IMG/VR virus record: IMGVR_UViG_3300042545_001134
Span: 62,001-126,000 of that record
Length of the DNA: 64,000 bases
Strand: one strand, 5' to 3'
Each line of letters opens with the position of its first letter. Position 1 is the first letter of the stretch. The notes beneath the pieces were generated by a model, which saw only the letters and a program-made list of their open reading frames with translations, did not search any database and had not been told where the DNA came from. The position numbers and the translations under genes are program-made. Shown piece by piece: positions 16,949 to 26,136 of this stretch.

Positions 16949-17452
16949 TTATTCGTAATTTTCACTGAAAGTCTTATTCAACCCATTAATAACATTTTGT
17001 TGTTTATCTTTCAATGCATTATCGATTAAATACTTTTCATTTTCTATTGCCCACAATCTTTCGTAATTTTCATCCAAAGTACCTTCTATTGTTTCAATAT
17101 CCTTTTTCTTACACAAGTAAATAGTGTCATCATTTTGATAACCGTAAGTTAAAAATTCAACGGGATAAATCAAGAAAAGGGATAAAATTTGATGACCTTC
17201 TCTTTGATAATACTTTAAAGACCATTTTTTTATGTAAAATACGGAACCATCCCAATTATTCTCAGTTAACTCATAAATTGGGTTGACTTTGGTTCGGTAT
17301 TTCTCAGATATTTTAAACTTGTGTACATATTTTATCTTATCGTATAATGATAATTTGTTTAATAACGCGTACACAAGTATTCCGAATACTAACAATATCG
17401 ATAATAACAGGAAACCTCCAAGTATTAATGTAGCAAAATCTGATAGTGTCAT
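16949..17452 (-). CDS. Membrane-anchored hypothetical protein
   Basis: N-terminal TM segment. Confidence 0.6.
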   Translation of the reverse strand: MTLSDFATLILGGFLLLSILLVFGILVYALLNKLSLYDKIKYVHKFKISEKYRTKVNPIYELTENNWDGSVFYIKKWSLKYYQREGHQILSLFLIYPVEFLTYGYQNDDTIYLCKKKDIETIEGTLDENYERLWAIENEKYLIDNALKDKQQNVINGLNKTFSENYE

Positions 17453-17473
17453 AATAGTTTTATTTTAAATTGT

Positions 17474-18268
17474 TTAACTTAAAGAGTTAGGTAAGTATAG
17501 TAATGTTGGATTCTTTTTTTGTATATCTAATTCGGGATAGTTCTCTTTGAATTTCATAACATCAAACTTTTTAGTAATTAAGTGATGACCATTCTTAGTT
17601 GGAATAACCGCCTCGAGTTTCGGTCCCACTTTATAACCTATTGGCATACCCGCACTGTCGAACTCAACTTCAGTAATTGGTTTACATTCGTATTCAATAA
17701 ATGCAACCATAAGAGGACTCATTTCTTTTATGTCATCAACATCAATAATCCATCTCTTCTCCTGTGTTTTAATTTGACCAACAACTGAATCAAATAACCC
17801 CTTTTGGTTGTGTTGACCATTCTGAATACGTTGTGCCAAATCAACCATCATGTTTAATGACACATCAAAATGGTTTTGTTTCTGAACGTGGATGTACGCT
17901 CTCGCCTTAAACATCTCACAGAGTTGTTTAATCTCTTCATACCTACGTTCAAGATGTTCGATACTTTCAATACAGTAAGTCTTAATTGTCCTTACCGATT
18001 GGTGATTATCTCTTTCACCTTCGGGTTGGTCTTTCTTACGTTTAAAAACATATAACATGTAGAAGTCCCCACTTTTTTCAAAGTTCAAGAGAGGTCTAAT
18101 TAAATCTATATTGTCCATACTACTTTGTTTATTGTTTGTCATTCTTTTTTCTTTTAACCATTCGTTTAATGATTCACTTGTTTCGTTACTTAACGCATTG
18201 TCAAGTTTTTCTTCGAGTTTGTTTAAGTCTAAGTTGCTCACTATTGTTCCATTGTTGGTTTTAACCAA
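17474..18268 (-). CDS. Hypothetical protein, possible AEP (primase-polymerase) fold
   Basis: WIIDVDD (DxD) and TKNGHH motifs; true start may be internal (MDNIDL). Confidence 0.5.
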   Translation of the reverse strand: MVKTNNGTIVSNLDLNKLEEKLDNALSNETSESLNEWLKEKRMTNNKQSSMDNIDLIRPLLNFEKSGDFYMLYVFKRKKDQPEGERDNHQSVRTIKTYCIESIEHLERRYEEIKQLCEMFKARAYIHVQKQNHFDVSLNMMVDLAQRIQNGQHNQKGLFDSVVGQIKTQEKRWIIDVDDIKEMSPLMVAFIEYECKPITEVEFDSAGMPIGYKVGPKLEAVIPTKNGHHLITKKFDVMKFKENYPELDIQKKNPTLLYLPNSLS

Positions 18269-18975
18269 AGAGTATTATCTTTGAAGATGTAGTTCCTTAA
18301 TGCTGGGTATTCATGTAATGTCTTCAATGTTTTAACGGTATCGTGTTTAAAACATTTGAATAATTCCTCTCTAATTCTTTCAGTTGATACAACACCCATC
18401 TTACCAACATAATCATAATCTTGCATAATACTATCCATCGCCGGTCCTATCCAAAATCCTTTGGTTATACAGAACCTGATTGCTCTCAGAATACGAAGTG
18501 GGTCGTCATCAAATGTATCGGTACATGGTAATGGTGTACGAAGATACCCTCTCTTTAAATCCTCAATCCCATTAAAGTAATCTATGATATTCCCATCACC
18601 GTCTTTTGCCAACGCGTTCAATGTAAAATCCCTACGTTCTAAATCGTCATATAAGGTCCCTGGTTTAACGATAGGTATTCGGGTACCACTTATGTATCCA
18701 ACTTCCTTTCGAGCCATTACGAAGTCTGCAACACCTTGGTAACGGTGTCCCTCAGGGAACCGTGCTCTAATGGTGAAACATGATGGTGTTTCCAAGAATA
18801 TTTCAAACTTTTCAGAGACAAGATAATAGTGTAAAACCGTGAACATATCCTCCGCCTCAGTGTATAAATCCAATAAAGATTGGGTGGGTACTGCAACATA
18901 ATCCACATCTTTAGATGTTAACCCCAAGATTTCGTCCCTTACTTTTCCCCCAACTTCGTAAAATGTAAAACTCAT
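18241..18975 (-). CDS. cca: tRNA nucleotidyltransferase (CCA-adding / poly(A) polymerase family), short form
   Basis: EVGGKVRD, KDVD, DLERRDFTLNA, DDPLRILRAIRF, STERIREEL. Confidence 0.88.
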   Translation of the reverse strand: MSFTFYEVGGKVRDEILGLTSKDVDYVAVPTQSLLDLYTEAEDMFTVLHYYLVSEKFEIFLETPSCFTIRARFPEGHRYQGVADFVMARKEVGYISGTRIPIVKPGTLYDDLERRDFTLNALAKDGDGNIIDYFNGIEDLKRGYLRTPLPCTDTFDDDPLRILRAIRFCITKGFWIGPAMDSIMQDYDYVGKMGVVSTERIREELFKCFKHDTVKTLKTLHEYPALRNYIFKDNTLWLKPTMEQ

Positions 18976-18991
18976 AATATTTTTTATGGTA

Positions 18992-19023
18992 CAAATATAA
19001 GAGATTACTTCGAATATTCCAAA
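18992..19023 (-). promoter_or_regulatory. Bacteroidota-type promoter with TTTGGAATATTC element
   Basis: TTTG-N20-TATATTTG. Confidence 0.75.
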
Positions 19024-19035
19024 TTATTTGTAAAT

Positions 19036-19063
19036 AAAAAACCCCCATAAACTATGAGGGTTT
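19036..19063 (-). terminator. Intrinsic terminator
   Basis: AAAACCC...GGGTTTT hairpin with T run on minus strand. Confidence 0.6.
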
Positions 19064-19180
19064 TAATTCTAAAAAACAAATTTAACCAATATGACAGAAA
19101 GTGCGGTAGTCACCGATACACATACTCAGGGTAGTGTTATGATAATGATAACAAATTCTATTTGGTTTTTAAAGTCATTT

Positions 19181-19747
19181 TTAAAATAATTCTTTTAGTT
19201 TGTGTTTTTCTATCACATCTTTCAATGAGGTAACATATTTGTCCCCCGACTCGGCGTAACTACCACTGAGGTAAGTGAAATATTCCTGTTCGTTACGAAT
19301 AGATGAAAGGTATCGACATTGATAGAATGCGTAATCGTAAACAGATTCATACCAGTTCTCATAGTATGCATGACCATTCTGTGTACCCTTAGCGGTGTTG
19401 ATTCGAATAGTTGCCTGTTTCATTCCAAATAAGTTGTGGTTCTCTTTGAATATGTTACTTTTAAATGCACCTGTCTCAAGAATAGATTGTGCCATTACTA
19501 TATGAGGAAAACGAACATTCAATCGTTTAAGTTCATCGGCAAATTTATCTTCAGTGAATTCATTTTTTTGTTGGTCGAGACTAACAACCAATAGTTCCAT
19601 TTCATGTTCATCTAATGTTGTGAACCTATAGAATCTACCAAGTAGGAACGTTGCGAACATTAAGACCACAACGACTGATAATGCAATCTTTGTTTTCTTT
19701 AAATCTTTCCTCCACACTAATGTATTTGTATCAAATTTATAAAACAT
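19181..19747 (-). CDS. Membrane-anchored glucosaminidase (GH73-like) peptidoglycan hydrolase
   Basis: AQSILETG, NHNLFGMK, YAES..KY; N-terminal TM. Confidence 0.8.
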   Translation of the reverse strand: MFYKFDTNTLVWRKDLKKTKIALSVVVVLMFATFLLGRFYRFTTLDEHEMELLVVSLDQQKNEFTEDKFADELKRLNVRFPHIVMAQSILETGAFKSNIFKENHNLFGMKQATIRINTAKGTQNGHAYYENWYESVYDYAFYQCRYLSSIRNEQEYFTYLSGSYAESGDKYVTSLKDVIEKHKLKELF

Positions 19748-19976
19748 AATTTTAGGTTTTTAGGGTTAAACAAACATCGGACCAAACTCAATTGTTCAAT
19801 TTACTGTAATGAAATTCATAATATTCCTTACTCATTAAATGACCAACGATAATCTTGGTCATCCTTAACGCCTCGTCAAACGTTTCGTAGTAAAACGTTT
19901 TACCATTGTCGGTGACAATTACCCAATTCTTTATATTTTTTAGGTCATTCATTGTGAATAGTTTTAAACTTCACTA

Positions 19977-20007
19977 CAAATATAGTAAGGTTTTTGGAAT
20001 ATCCAAA
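19977..20007 (-). promoter_or_regulatory. Bacteroidota-type promoter
   Basis: TTTG-N19-TATATTTG. Confidence 0.65.
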
Positions 20008-20024
20008 AAAAATTAAAAATATTT

Positions 20025-20438
20025 TTAAATTCTAGAATTTAGTTCCCGAGTAAGTCTCTCACGAACTTTATCACTAATTGGTATTGCGTTACCATCCTCG
20101 TCAACACGAACAAAGGTGATGTTGGTGGATAGTATAACATCTTCTTCGTGTGTGTACACGTTGAACGACCTTGCCTCCAAGTAAAGTGTTATAGATGTGT
20201 TACCAATTTTAACAACATCACCATATATTTTAAGTAACGAACCTTCTCTTGCTGGTTTTTTAAAAATACATTTATCGATACAGATGGTTACCATTCGTCT
20301 ATTGTGACAAATCTCCATCGCATACGATGCAGCTGATGAGTCTATCCAACTAGTAAGTTTGCCCCCGAAGAGGTTCCCATGAAATCCTAAATCCGATTTC
20401 TTAATTGGGTGTGTGTTGATTAAGTTCAATTTGTTCAA
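20025..20438 (-). CDS. Acyl-CoA thioesterase (hotdog fold, YciA-like)
   Basis: DLGFHGNLFGGKL..WID, VT..ID...FKKP, ITFVRVDEDG. Confidence 0.88.
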   Translation of the reverse strand: MNKLNLINTHPIKKSDLGFHGNLFGGKLTSWIDSSAASYAMEICHNRRMVTICIDKCIFKKPAREGSLLKIYGDVVKIGNTSITLYLEARSFNVYTHEEDVILSTNITFVRVDEDGNAIPISDKVRERLTRELNSRI

Positions 20439-20449
20439 GATTATTTTAT

Positions 20450-20827
20450 TTAATTGGAAACGATTAACTGGTCCACTATCATCTTGGCAGTGGCGTAGTT
20501 TGTTGCTAATGGTACTTCGTGAACATCACAAACTCTCATTAACATTTGTACATCGGGTTCATGGGGATGTCTATCCAACGGGTCTCTAAAGAATATAACC
20601 GCAGTCATTTCTTTTCTTGCGACCATTGCTGCGATTTCAGCATCACCACCCATAGGACCTGAGTTGACTGTGTCCACTTTAGTTATGCCAGCAAACATAA
20701 TTCGTTTACCTGTTGTACCTGTGGCAACAATATCAACATCTTCTCGGTTGAAGAAATATAATCTCTTCATCACAAAGGCAACCATGTCCGCCTTCTTCCC
20801 ATCATGGGCAATCAATGCAATCTTCAT
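20450..20827 (-). CDS. mgsA: Methylglyoxal synthase
   Basis: IALIAHDGKK, ATGTTG, SGPMGGD, FFRDPL, HEPDV, PLATN. Confidence 0.95.
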   Translation of the reverse strand: MKIALIAHDGKKADMVAFVMKRLYFFNREDVDIVATGTTGKRIMFAGITKVDTVNSGPMGGDAEIAAMVARKEMTAVIFFRDPLDRHPHEPDVQMLMRVCDVHEVPLATNYATAKMIVDQLIVSN

Positions 20828-20828
20828 A

Positions 20829-21308
20829 TTAATATAAGTAAAGTTTTATACCACAGAATAAGTTATGTTCGTTTTTCATATTCACATAACTTACTGAAGC
20901 ATAAAATGGGTATGTTAGTTTATAGTCCGCACTTACTCTAAACATTGTTTTAGTATAGTCCCTAACATCAACACCCAACCCAATTGTTGGTACAAGTCTC
21001 TTAATGTCTTTATGTCTAAAAACATAGTTACCACCAACGTAAACATCATCACTGTATGCGTTAAAAACAAATGGTTCGTTGTTTACCATATACAAACCGG
21101 CGGACATTCTCCTGTGTCCAATTTCAATATTAGACATTCCGTACCTATTGGATAATGAATACCCAACTGAATAGAACGAACCACCACCTCTATTCCCGTA
21201 GGATAATGAGTAGTTGAACGCCTTTTGAAACGGTCTACTCAATAAAGATGATGGTTGCCCAAACAACTGTAGAGGTAAGATGAACAGTAATGTTATTAAT
21301 AATTTCAT
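20829..21308 (-). CDS. Secreted protein, possible outer-membrane beta-barrel
   Basis: Signal peptide; alternating aromatic/Gly strands; C-terminal aromatic residue. Confidence 0.5.
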   Translation of the reverse strand: MKLLITLLFILPLQLFGQPSSLLSRPFQKAFNYSLSYGNRGGGSFYSVGYSLSNRYGMSNIEIGHRRMSAGLYMVNNEPFVFNAYSDDVYVGGNYVFRHKDIKRLVPTIGLGVDVRDYTKTMFRVSADYKLTYPFYASVSYVNMKNEHNLFCGIKLYLY

Positions 21309-21703
21309 ACACTTTTGGGGTCGATTCCCACTTTAGCAAAAACATTTTCACATCTTTCTCTGAATACCGAATCAGTACCAAATAAATCTTCAAACGTTCT
21401 AATGGAATGAATGATTGTTGTGTGGTCTTTACCGCCCACCATCTCACCAATCTTCGCTAAAGAAAATCTCGTCTTTCTTTTAATAATGTACGCAATTAAA
21501 TGTCTTGATTCGACACACTCTCTCTTTCTTGAACGAGAGATAATTTGTTCTTTTGTTAATCCATAATCCCGACCAACAATTTCAAAAATTTGTTCTTCTG
21601 TAATAACCATTTTGGATTTCTTCAAATACGGATGTTTTCTTGAATCTAAAAATTCAATCTTCAAACCCGGATATATGTAAGGACTTATTTTTTTGTTAGG
21701 CAT
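21305..21703 (-). CDS. Stand-alone DnaA C-terminal (domain IV) HTH protein
   Basis: SRSRKRECVESRH...SLAKIGEMVGGKDHTTIIHS. Confidence 0.85.
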   Translation of the reverse strand: MPNKKISPYIYPGLKIEFLDSRKHPYLKKSKMVITEEQIFEIVGRDYGLTKEQIISRSRKRECVESRHLIAYIIKRKTRFSLAKIGEMVGGKDHTTIIHSIRTFEDLFGTDSVFRERCENVFAKVGIDPKSV

Positions 21704-21909
21704 TAATCAACAATTTTTCTGACGAAATAAGTGTGACCTGAGTCGGTATTGGCATTCAATAACTCGACCATTTTGTTTACCTCTTCTTCTGACTCAAACT
21801 CTTCAACTTCACCTAGTGAATCATTCATAATGATGTTGATGTAGTGAGGTTCCCCGTCTCCGTGGAACTTGTTAGAAACCATTTTTTTTACGATGATGTA
21901 TTTTCCCAT
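21703..21909 (-). CDS. Hypothetical protein
   Basis: ORF track. Confidence 0.55.
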   Translation of the reverse strand: MGKYIIVKKMVSNKFHGDGEPHYINIIMNDSLGEVEEFESEEEVNKMVELLNANTDSGHTYFVRKIVD

Positions 21910-21910
21910 G

Positions 21911-22459
21911 TTATTTTGTTAAATAAAGTCTGTTGTGATTGTAAAGTGCAACGGGATTGTTGTCTGCAATTTCACCATACTTACTCATTACGTGTTCGTA
22001 TGCCAAATCCTGCGGTTCATTAATAACTTCCGATAAGATATTACAGAAACCAAAGTTAGATTCATCAACGGAATCTTGTTTTGTACCGGGTAAACCACAG
22101 TAGTATGCCTCCCCAACTTCGCTGATGAACATTCCACTATAGAAACCTTTCAATCCAAATGGTTGAACGAATCTATCGGCGTTACACCAAATGAATACTG
22201 AGTTGTCTTTCTCACTTAATACGGGTACAACGTTTTTATCAATAATGTATGGACCATACCCTTTGAATGTACCAACCGAGAACAAACCACCGGGTGAACC
22301 GTGACCCATCATCATAACTCTATCGTGTTCTCTGATTAGTTCAATCAGTTCTTGTTGACTTACACCACCAGTTATTACTGTTTTGTTTGGTATAGGATTA
22401 TAGACAATATCCAAGAATGATGTTGAACTGTCTTTCGGATGTACTATTAATGTTTTCAT
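21911..22459 (-). CDS. Hypothetical protein, possible clan CD peptidase fold
   Basis: VMMMGHG and VFIWC strand-end motifs. Confidence 0.5.
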   Translation of the reverse strand: MKTLIVHPKDSSTSFLDIVYNPIPNKTVITGGVSQQELIELIREHDRVMMMGHGSPGGLFSVGTFKGYGPYIIDKNVVPVLSEKDNSVFIWCNADRFVQPFGLKGFYSGMFISEVGEAYYCGLPGTKQDSVDESNFGFCNILSEVINEPQDLAYEHVMSKYGEIADNNPVALYNHNRLYLTK

Positions 22460-22463
22460 TGTA

Positions 22464-22494
22464 CAAAGGTATGTTTATTTTCGAATATTCCAAA
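22464..22494 (-). promoter_or_regulatory. Bacteroidota-type promoter with TTTGGAATATTC element
   Basis: TTTG-N19-TACCTTTG. Confidence 0.72.
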
Positions 22495-22534
22495 AATATT
22501 CTAATATTTTTATTATAAAACTATTTTGGTTATA

Positions 22535-23554
22535 TTAACCTCGAGCCATACCAATATCAAATCCTGTGTTATACGCTGCGGTGCCCCCTCTCATATCTCC
22601 AACAGTTAGTTCACCGTGATAACGATTTTCTACGCGCATATCAAGGGCAGACTCTTCAGTAACTTCCATATCAGTCGGACCTTCGTCAACCATAGGTGAT
22701 TCCATTGCCACTTCCATTGGTTCTTCACGAGATATGAGATATTTTTCTCGTCGATTCATAAGTTCCTCTTGTTTTTTCAAGTCTTCCTCACTTAATAATA
22801 ATAAGTTCGATACTGGATTCTTAAAAACTTCTTCTTTGATACATTCCATTATGAATAATGGTAATTCACTTTCAATTGAATCGATTCTTGTATCCGCTTG
22901 ATTCCAAAATGAGAACTCAGGTTCAAGGTCTAACGATTTAAAACATGCAACTTTTAGACCTGTTACTTTGTTAATCATGTAAAGAAGGATTCCTCTCTTT
23001 GCATAACGAATAAAGTACTCAGGGTTATTCTCTTGAGTTGTACACCATTTAGTAGATGAACCATACTTACGAGACGAATGATAAGTTAAAGGTCTAAGAA
23101 CAATCCACTCATCATCTGAGTATATTACTTTGATTTGTTTTTCCAAATCTTTCTCAAGTGTCTTTACCTCAGCAATACCAGTTGCCACCATAATCTCATC
23201 AAACGTACTGTAACGAGACAAATCACTTTGTTCAATCAAACCTCTTTCATTGTACTCACAAAACTTCATGAATGACTTCAAATCATTATGGTTAAACATA
23301 ATGTCAATGAAACGGTACATAAACATTAGTTGTAGTGGTGTGAAGTCACTAAGGTCCTCCTCACTAATTCCGTAGTCCTTTTTGTACGATGCGATAACTT
23401 CTTTTTGGTATTCATCAAGATTTTTAGTTTTCTTCATAACACGCATCAATGTCTCAACGTATTTTGTTTTTTTCTCAGGCACAAACAATTCAACAATGTC
23501 AATCATGTTGATGATGTGTTCAGGATTTGTTTTTAAGTTTCTAATTCGTGACAT
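22535..23554 (-). CDS. Conserved jumbo-phage protein with YGxxTKWCTT motif (paralogue of 7269-8201)
   Basis: WIVLRPLTYHSSRKYGSSTKWCTT. Confidence 0.7.
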   Translation of the reverse strand: MSRIRNLKTNPEHIINMIDIVELFVPEKKTKYVETLMRVMKKTKNLDEYQKEVIASYKKDYGISEEDLSDFTPLQLMFMYRFIDIMFNHNDLKSFMKFCEYNERGLIEQSDLSRYSTFDEIMVATGIAEVKTLEKDLEKQIKVIYSDDEWIVLRPLTYHSSRKYGSSTKWCTTQENNPEYFIRYAKRGILLYMINKVTGLKVACFKSLDLEPEFSFWNQADTRIDSIESELPLFIMECIKEEVFKNPVSNLLLLSEEDLKKQEELMNRREKYLISREEPMEVAMESPMVDEGPTDMEVTEESALDMRVENRYHGELTVGDMRGGTAAYNTGFDIGMARG

Positions 23555-23564
23555 AGTATATTTT

Positions 23565-24191
23565 TTAATAGTTCTTTCTTAATAATTCAATTACGTCCCA
23601 CGCATCCTCAAGTGCATTGTGCGTAACAATACCTTCAATGTTGGCTCGTTCTTTACATTTAGTTAGTGAGGGAATTGCCTCATCATTTGACCAATCAACA
23701 AATAAAATTGATGGGTCGATTATTCTCGAACGAGTTCTTATTAATTTCTTCCACCACGGCAACTCTTCTAAGAATAACTTGTCAAAGGTACCAAAGTTCT
23801 TTCCGGCAACATTGATTGTAATTGGTTTAGTTTGTCCATTAATTACCAGTATAAAACCATCCCCATACCCATTATTGATTAAGAAATAATAGAATTCTTT
23901 TACAACTTCATCTTCAGTATAAAATTTATATCCACTATTATTATTTAATAGTTCTCTAACTTCATCTTTACCCTCAAGATATTCACCCATCATAGAGATA
24001 ATGTTACTATTCATAGTGATTGCTCTTGGTGAACCTTGAATATTGTTTTGAATTACTATTGCGTTGAACTTGGGTAGTTCCTCGTAAGGTAATTTCTTAG
24101 TGGTGTCTTCGATGATTGCACCGATAGATAGGACATTGTTCATATCAGGATTTAAACCTGATGTTTCGATATCAATTGATACATATAACAT
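23565..24191 (-). CDS. DEDDh 3'-5' exonuclease
   Basis: IDIETSG, GKNFGTFD, HNALEDA. Confidence 0.88.
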   Translation of the reverse strand: MLYVSIDIETSGLNPDMNNVLSIGAIIEDTTKKLPYEELPKFNAIVIQNNIQGSPRAITMNSNIISMMGEYLEGKDEVRELLNNNSGYKFYTEDEVVKEFYYFLINNGYGDGFILVINGQTKPITINVAGKNFGTFDKLFLEELPWWKKLIRTRSRIIDPSILFVDWSNDEAIPSLTKCKERANIEGIVTHNALEDAWDVIELLRKNY

Positions 24192-24382
24192 TAGTCTAAG
24201 GATTTAATTATCATTACGAATATGATGAATAGAATAATGAGCGCAAAACCACCCCACAAAGGTGCGGTTACCCACCACCAAGACCAATCAATAAAACCCG
24301 TAAGTTTAAGGGTCATGAAAATTAAAAACATCAGTCCGAAGAAACCTATCCCCCCTGATGAACTTGAATTACTGTTCGACAT
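24191..24382 (-). CDS. Small membrane protein
   Basis: LKLTGFIDWSWWWVTAPLW. Confidence 0.65.
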   Translation of the reverse strand: MSNSNSSSSGGIGFFGLMFLIFMTLKLTGFIDWSWWWVTAPLWGGFALIILFIIFVMIIKSLD

Positions 24383-24857
24383 TTTTTTTAAAATTATATT
24401 TGGTTGTTAATATTTCAATTGTTTTCTCTGCGGATGTGTGTTGTATACCAATACCACCGGCACCAATCCAACCATCGATATTATCTTTTCTATCGTCAAT
24501 TAGAATTGAATTTGGTTCCGCGAAATCTTTCTTGTGTTTAGCACTTCTAAGAATAAGTTGTGTGCCAGGTAATTCTCTTTCAACCCAATCATGTTTGGCA
24601 ACACGAGAATCATTCTGCCTTGATGGGGCAGATAAAATAAAGGGGTTATGTGGTTTAATAAAATCCCACAAGATGTGACCATCGTTCATCCATTTTAAGT
24701 TAATCCAAAAGTCATAACCGGCAGAATTAATCGGGTCCCAAAAATTAGTATCGTTTCGATGTTCACCATCCAAATCGTGACCGGTTAAATTCTTATATCC
24801 TTTATTGAAATCAATAAGGACACCATCAAGGTCACAGTATATTTTATAATCACCCAT
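24369..24857 (-). CDS. HAD 5'(3')-deoxyribonucleotidase-like protein
   Basis: YCDLDGVL, ILSAP, K..W, ILIDD. Confidence 0.85.
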   Translation of the reverse strand: MGDYKIYCDLDGVLIDFNKGYKNLTGHDLDGEHRNDTNFWDPINSAGYDFWINLKWMNDGHILWDFIKPHNPFILSAPSRQNDSRVAKHDWVERELPGTQLILRSAKHKKDFAEPNSILIDDRKDNIDGWIGAGGIGIQHTSAEKTIEILTTKYNFKKNVEQ

Positions 24858-24921
24858 ATTTTAGAGATGTTTTTACAAATATACAAAAATGTTTTTAAAT
24901 AAAAAAACTGGTAAGTATTAT

Positions 24922-25260
24922 TTACCAGTTTTCGTCATCGTCATCACCAAAGTCGTCTTTAAAATCGTCATCTTCATAATCATCCTCCTCATCAACATGT
25001 TCGTCCTCCAATTCTTCAATTAGTGATTCATATACTAAATCCTCACTTACCCAATCAGGTAGGTCTTCATCTGTGTTTGATTCATAATTTTTAATGTCGA
25101 TATCCTCACGATTAATATAGTTTGAGTCTCCGTAAGAATCTTCAATTATTTCGGGTTCATTGTACCACGAGTAACTTACATATACCTCGGCTTCGTCAGA
25201 ACTATTAGGGTCGTATATTGTGACAACTTTAGTATTCAGTCCTTTTTTTGATTTTCCCAT
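24922..25260 (-). CDS. Highly acidic hypothetical protein
   Basis: D/E-rich C terminus. Confidence 0.6.
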   Translation of the reverse strand: MGKSKKGLNTKVVTIYDPNSSDEAEVYVSYSWYNEPEIIEDSYGDSNYINREDIDIKNYESNTDEDLPDWVSEDLVYESLIEELEDEHVDEEDDYEDDDFKDDFGDDDDENW

Positions 25261-25288
25261 AGTTTAAATTAAGATATTTATTAATAGA

Positions 25289-25837
25289 ATGTTCAAATAT
25301 ATATCTGTAATATTATCAAAATTCACTCAAGGTCAAAGAATTATTGCCCTGTTGTTATTATTATTGTCTATAACATTCATTTCTATTGGTCCAAAAATAG
25401 TGGAATCGTTAACTTACAGTGATGTGGAATTGAAATCAAAAGTAGAGTCTCAAACCACACAAATACTTGAATTGAACGACAGAGTAACTGAATTAAATAC
25501 TCAAATTATATCCAACCAAAGACAATGTACAGATGCAATTGTTGAAAGAGAAAAAGAAATCATGGGTGAGATTATTGCACTTGAGGGTAGGGTTAAACAA
25601 CAAACCAATCCACTTGGTGGGTCCGATAATGGTCGTGAGAATGGTTCGGGTACACCACATCAAAGAATGTCGATGAAAACGATAGATACGGTAAACATGG
25701 AAATGATTGTTCTCGAGTCTACACCTCCACCACCCATACAGAAAGAAAAGACCCAACCAACATCATTGATGTTAGATGGGCTAAGTAAAATTAAAAAGAA
25801 TCTAAATAATAGTATTAATTCAAAGAAAAAGAATTAA
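25289..25837 (+). CDS. Membrane-anchored coiled-coil protein (spanin-like or structural)
   Basis: N-terminal TM then heptad region; TATTTAT upstream. Confidence 0.55.
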   Translation: MFKYISVILSKFTQGQRIIALLLLLLSITFISIGPKIVESLTYSDVELKSKVESQTTQILELNDRVTELNTQIISNQRQCTDAIVEREKEIMGEIIALEGRVKQQTNPLGGSDNGRENGSGTPHQRMSMKTIDTVNMEMIVLESTPPPPIQKEKTQPTSLMLDGLSKIKKNLNNSINSKKKN

Positions 25838-26073
25838 TTTCCTTTAGCAACAACTTCGGGGTTATCGGTATGTGCGTCTTTCACAACATAAAAATTACCT
25901 TCTTCGTCTTGCGCCAAACTTAATAGAACCGCTTGTTCTTCTTCATAACTATCAGCACCCGGTAACTCCTCAGGTTGAACCTTAGTATCGAAATCATCGA
26001 ATTCAGCCTCTTTTATTGTCTTTTTTACGATGTTCTCGATATCTGAAATACTCAATTTAACTATTTTAGCCAT
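25834..26073 (-). CDS. Small protein with IVKLSISDIENIVKKTIKE leader, probable virion component
   Basis: Leader motif; TATTTAT upstream. Confidence 0.6.
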   Translation of the reverse strand: MAKIVKLSISDIENIVKKTIKEAEFDDFDTKVQPEELPGADSYEEEQAVLLSLAQDEEGNFYVVKDAHTDNPEVVAKGN

Positions 26074-26109
26074 GATGTGTTGTTTTATATATAAATATCA
26101 TTTAAAATG

Positions 26110-26132
26110 AAAAACCCCTCCGAAGAGGGGTT
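26110..26132 (-). terminator. Intrinsic terminator with UUCG loop
   Basis: AACCCCTC-TTCG-GAGGGGTT-TTT after SPFH stop. Confidence 0.85.
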
Positions 26133-26136
26133 GTTA

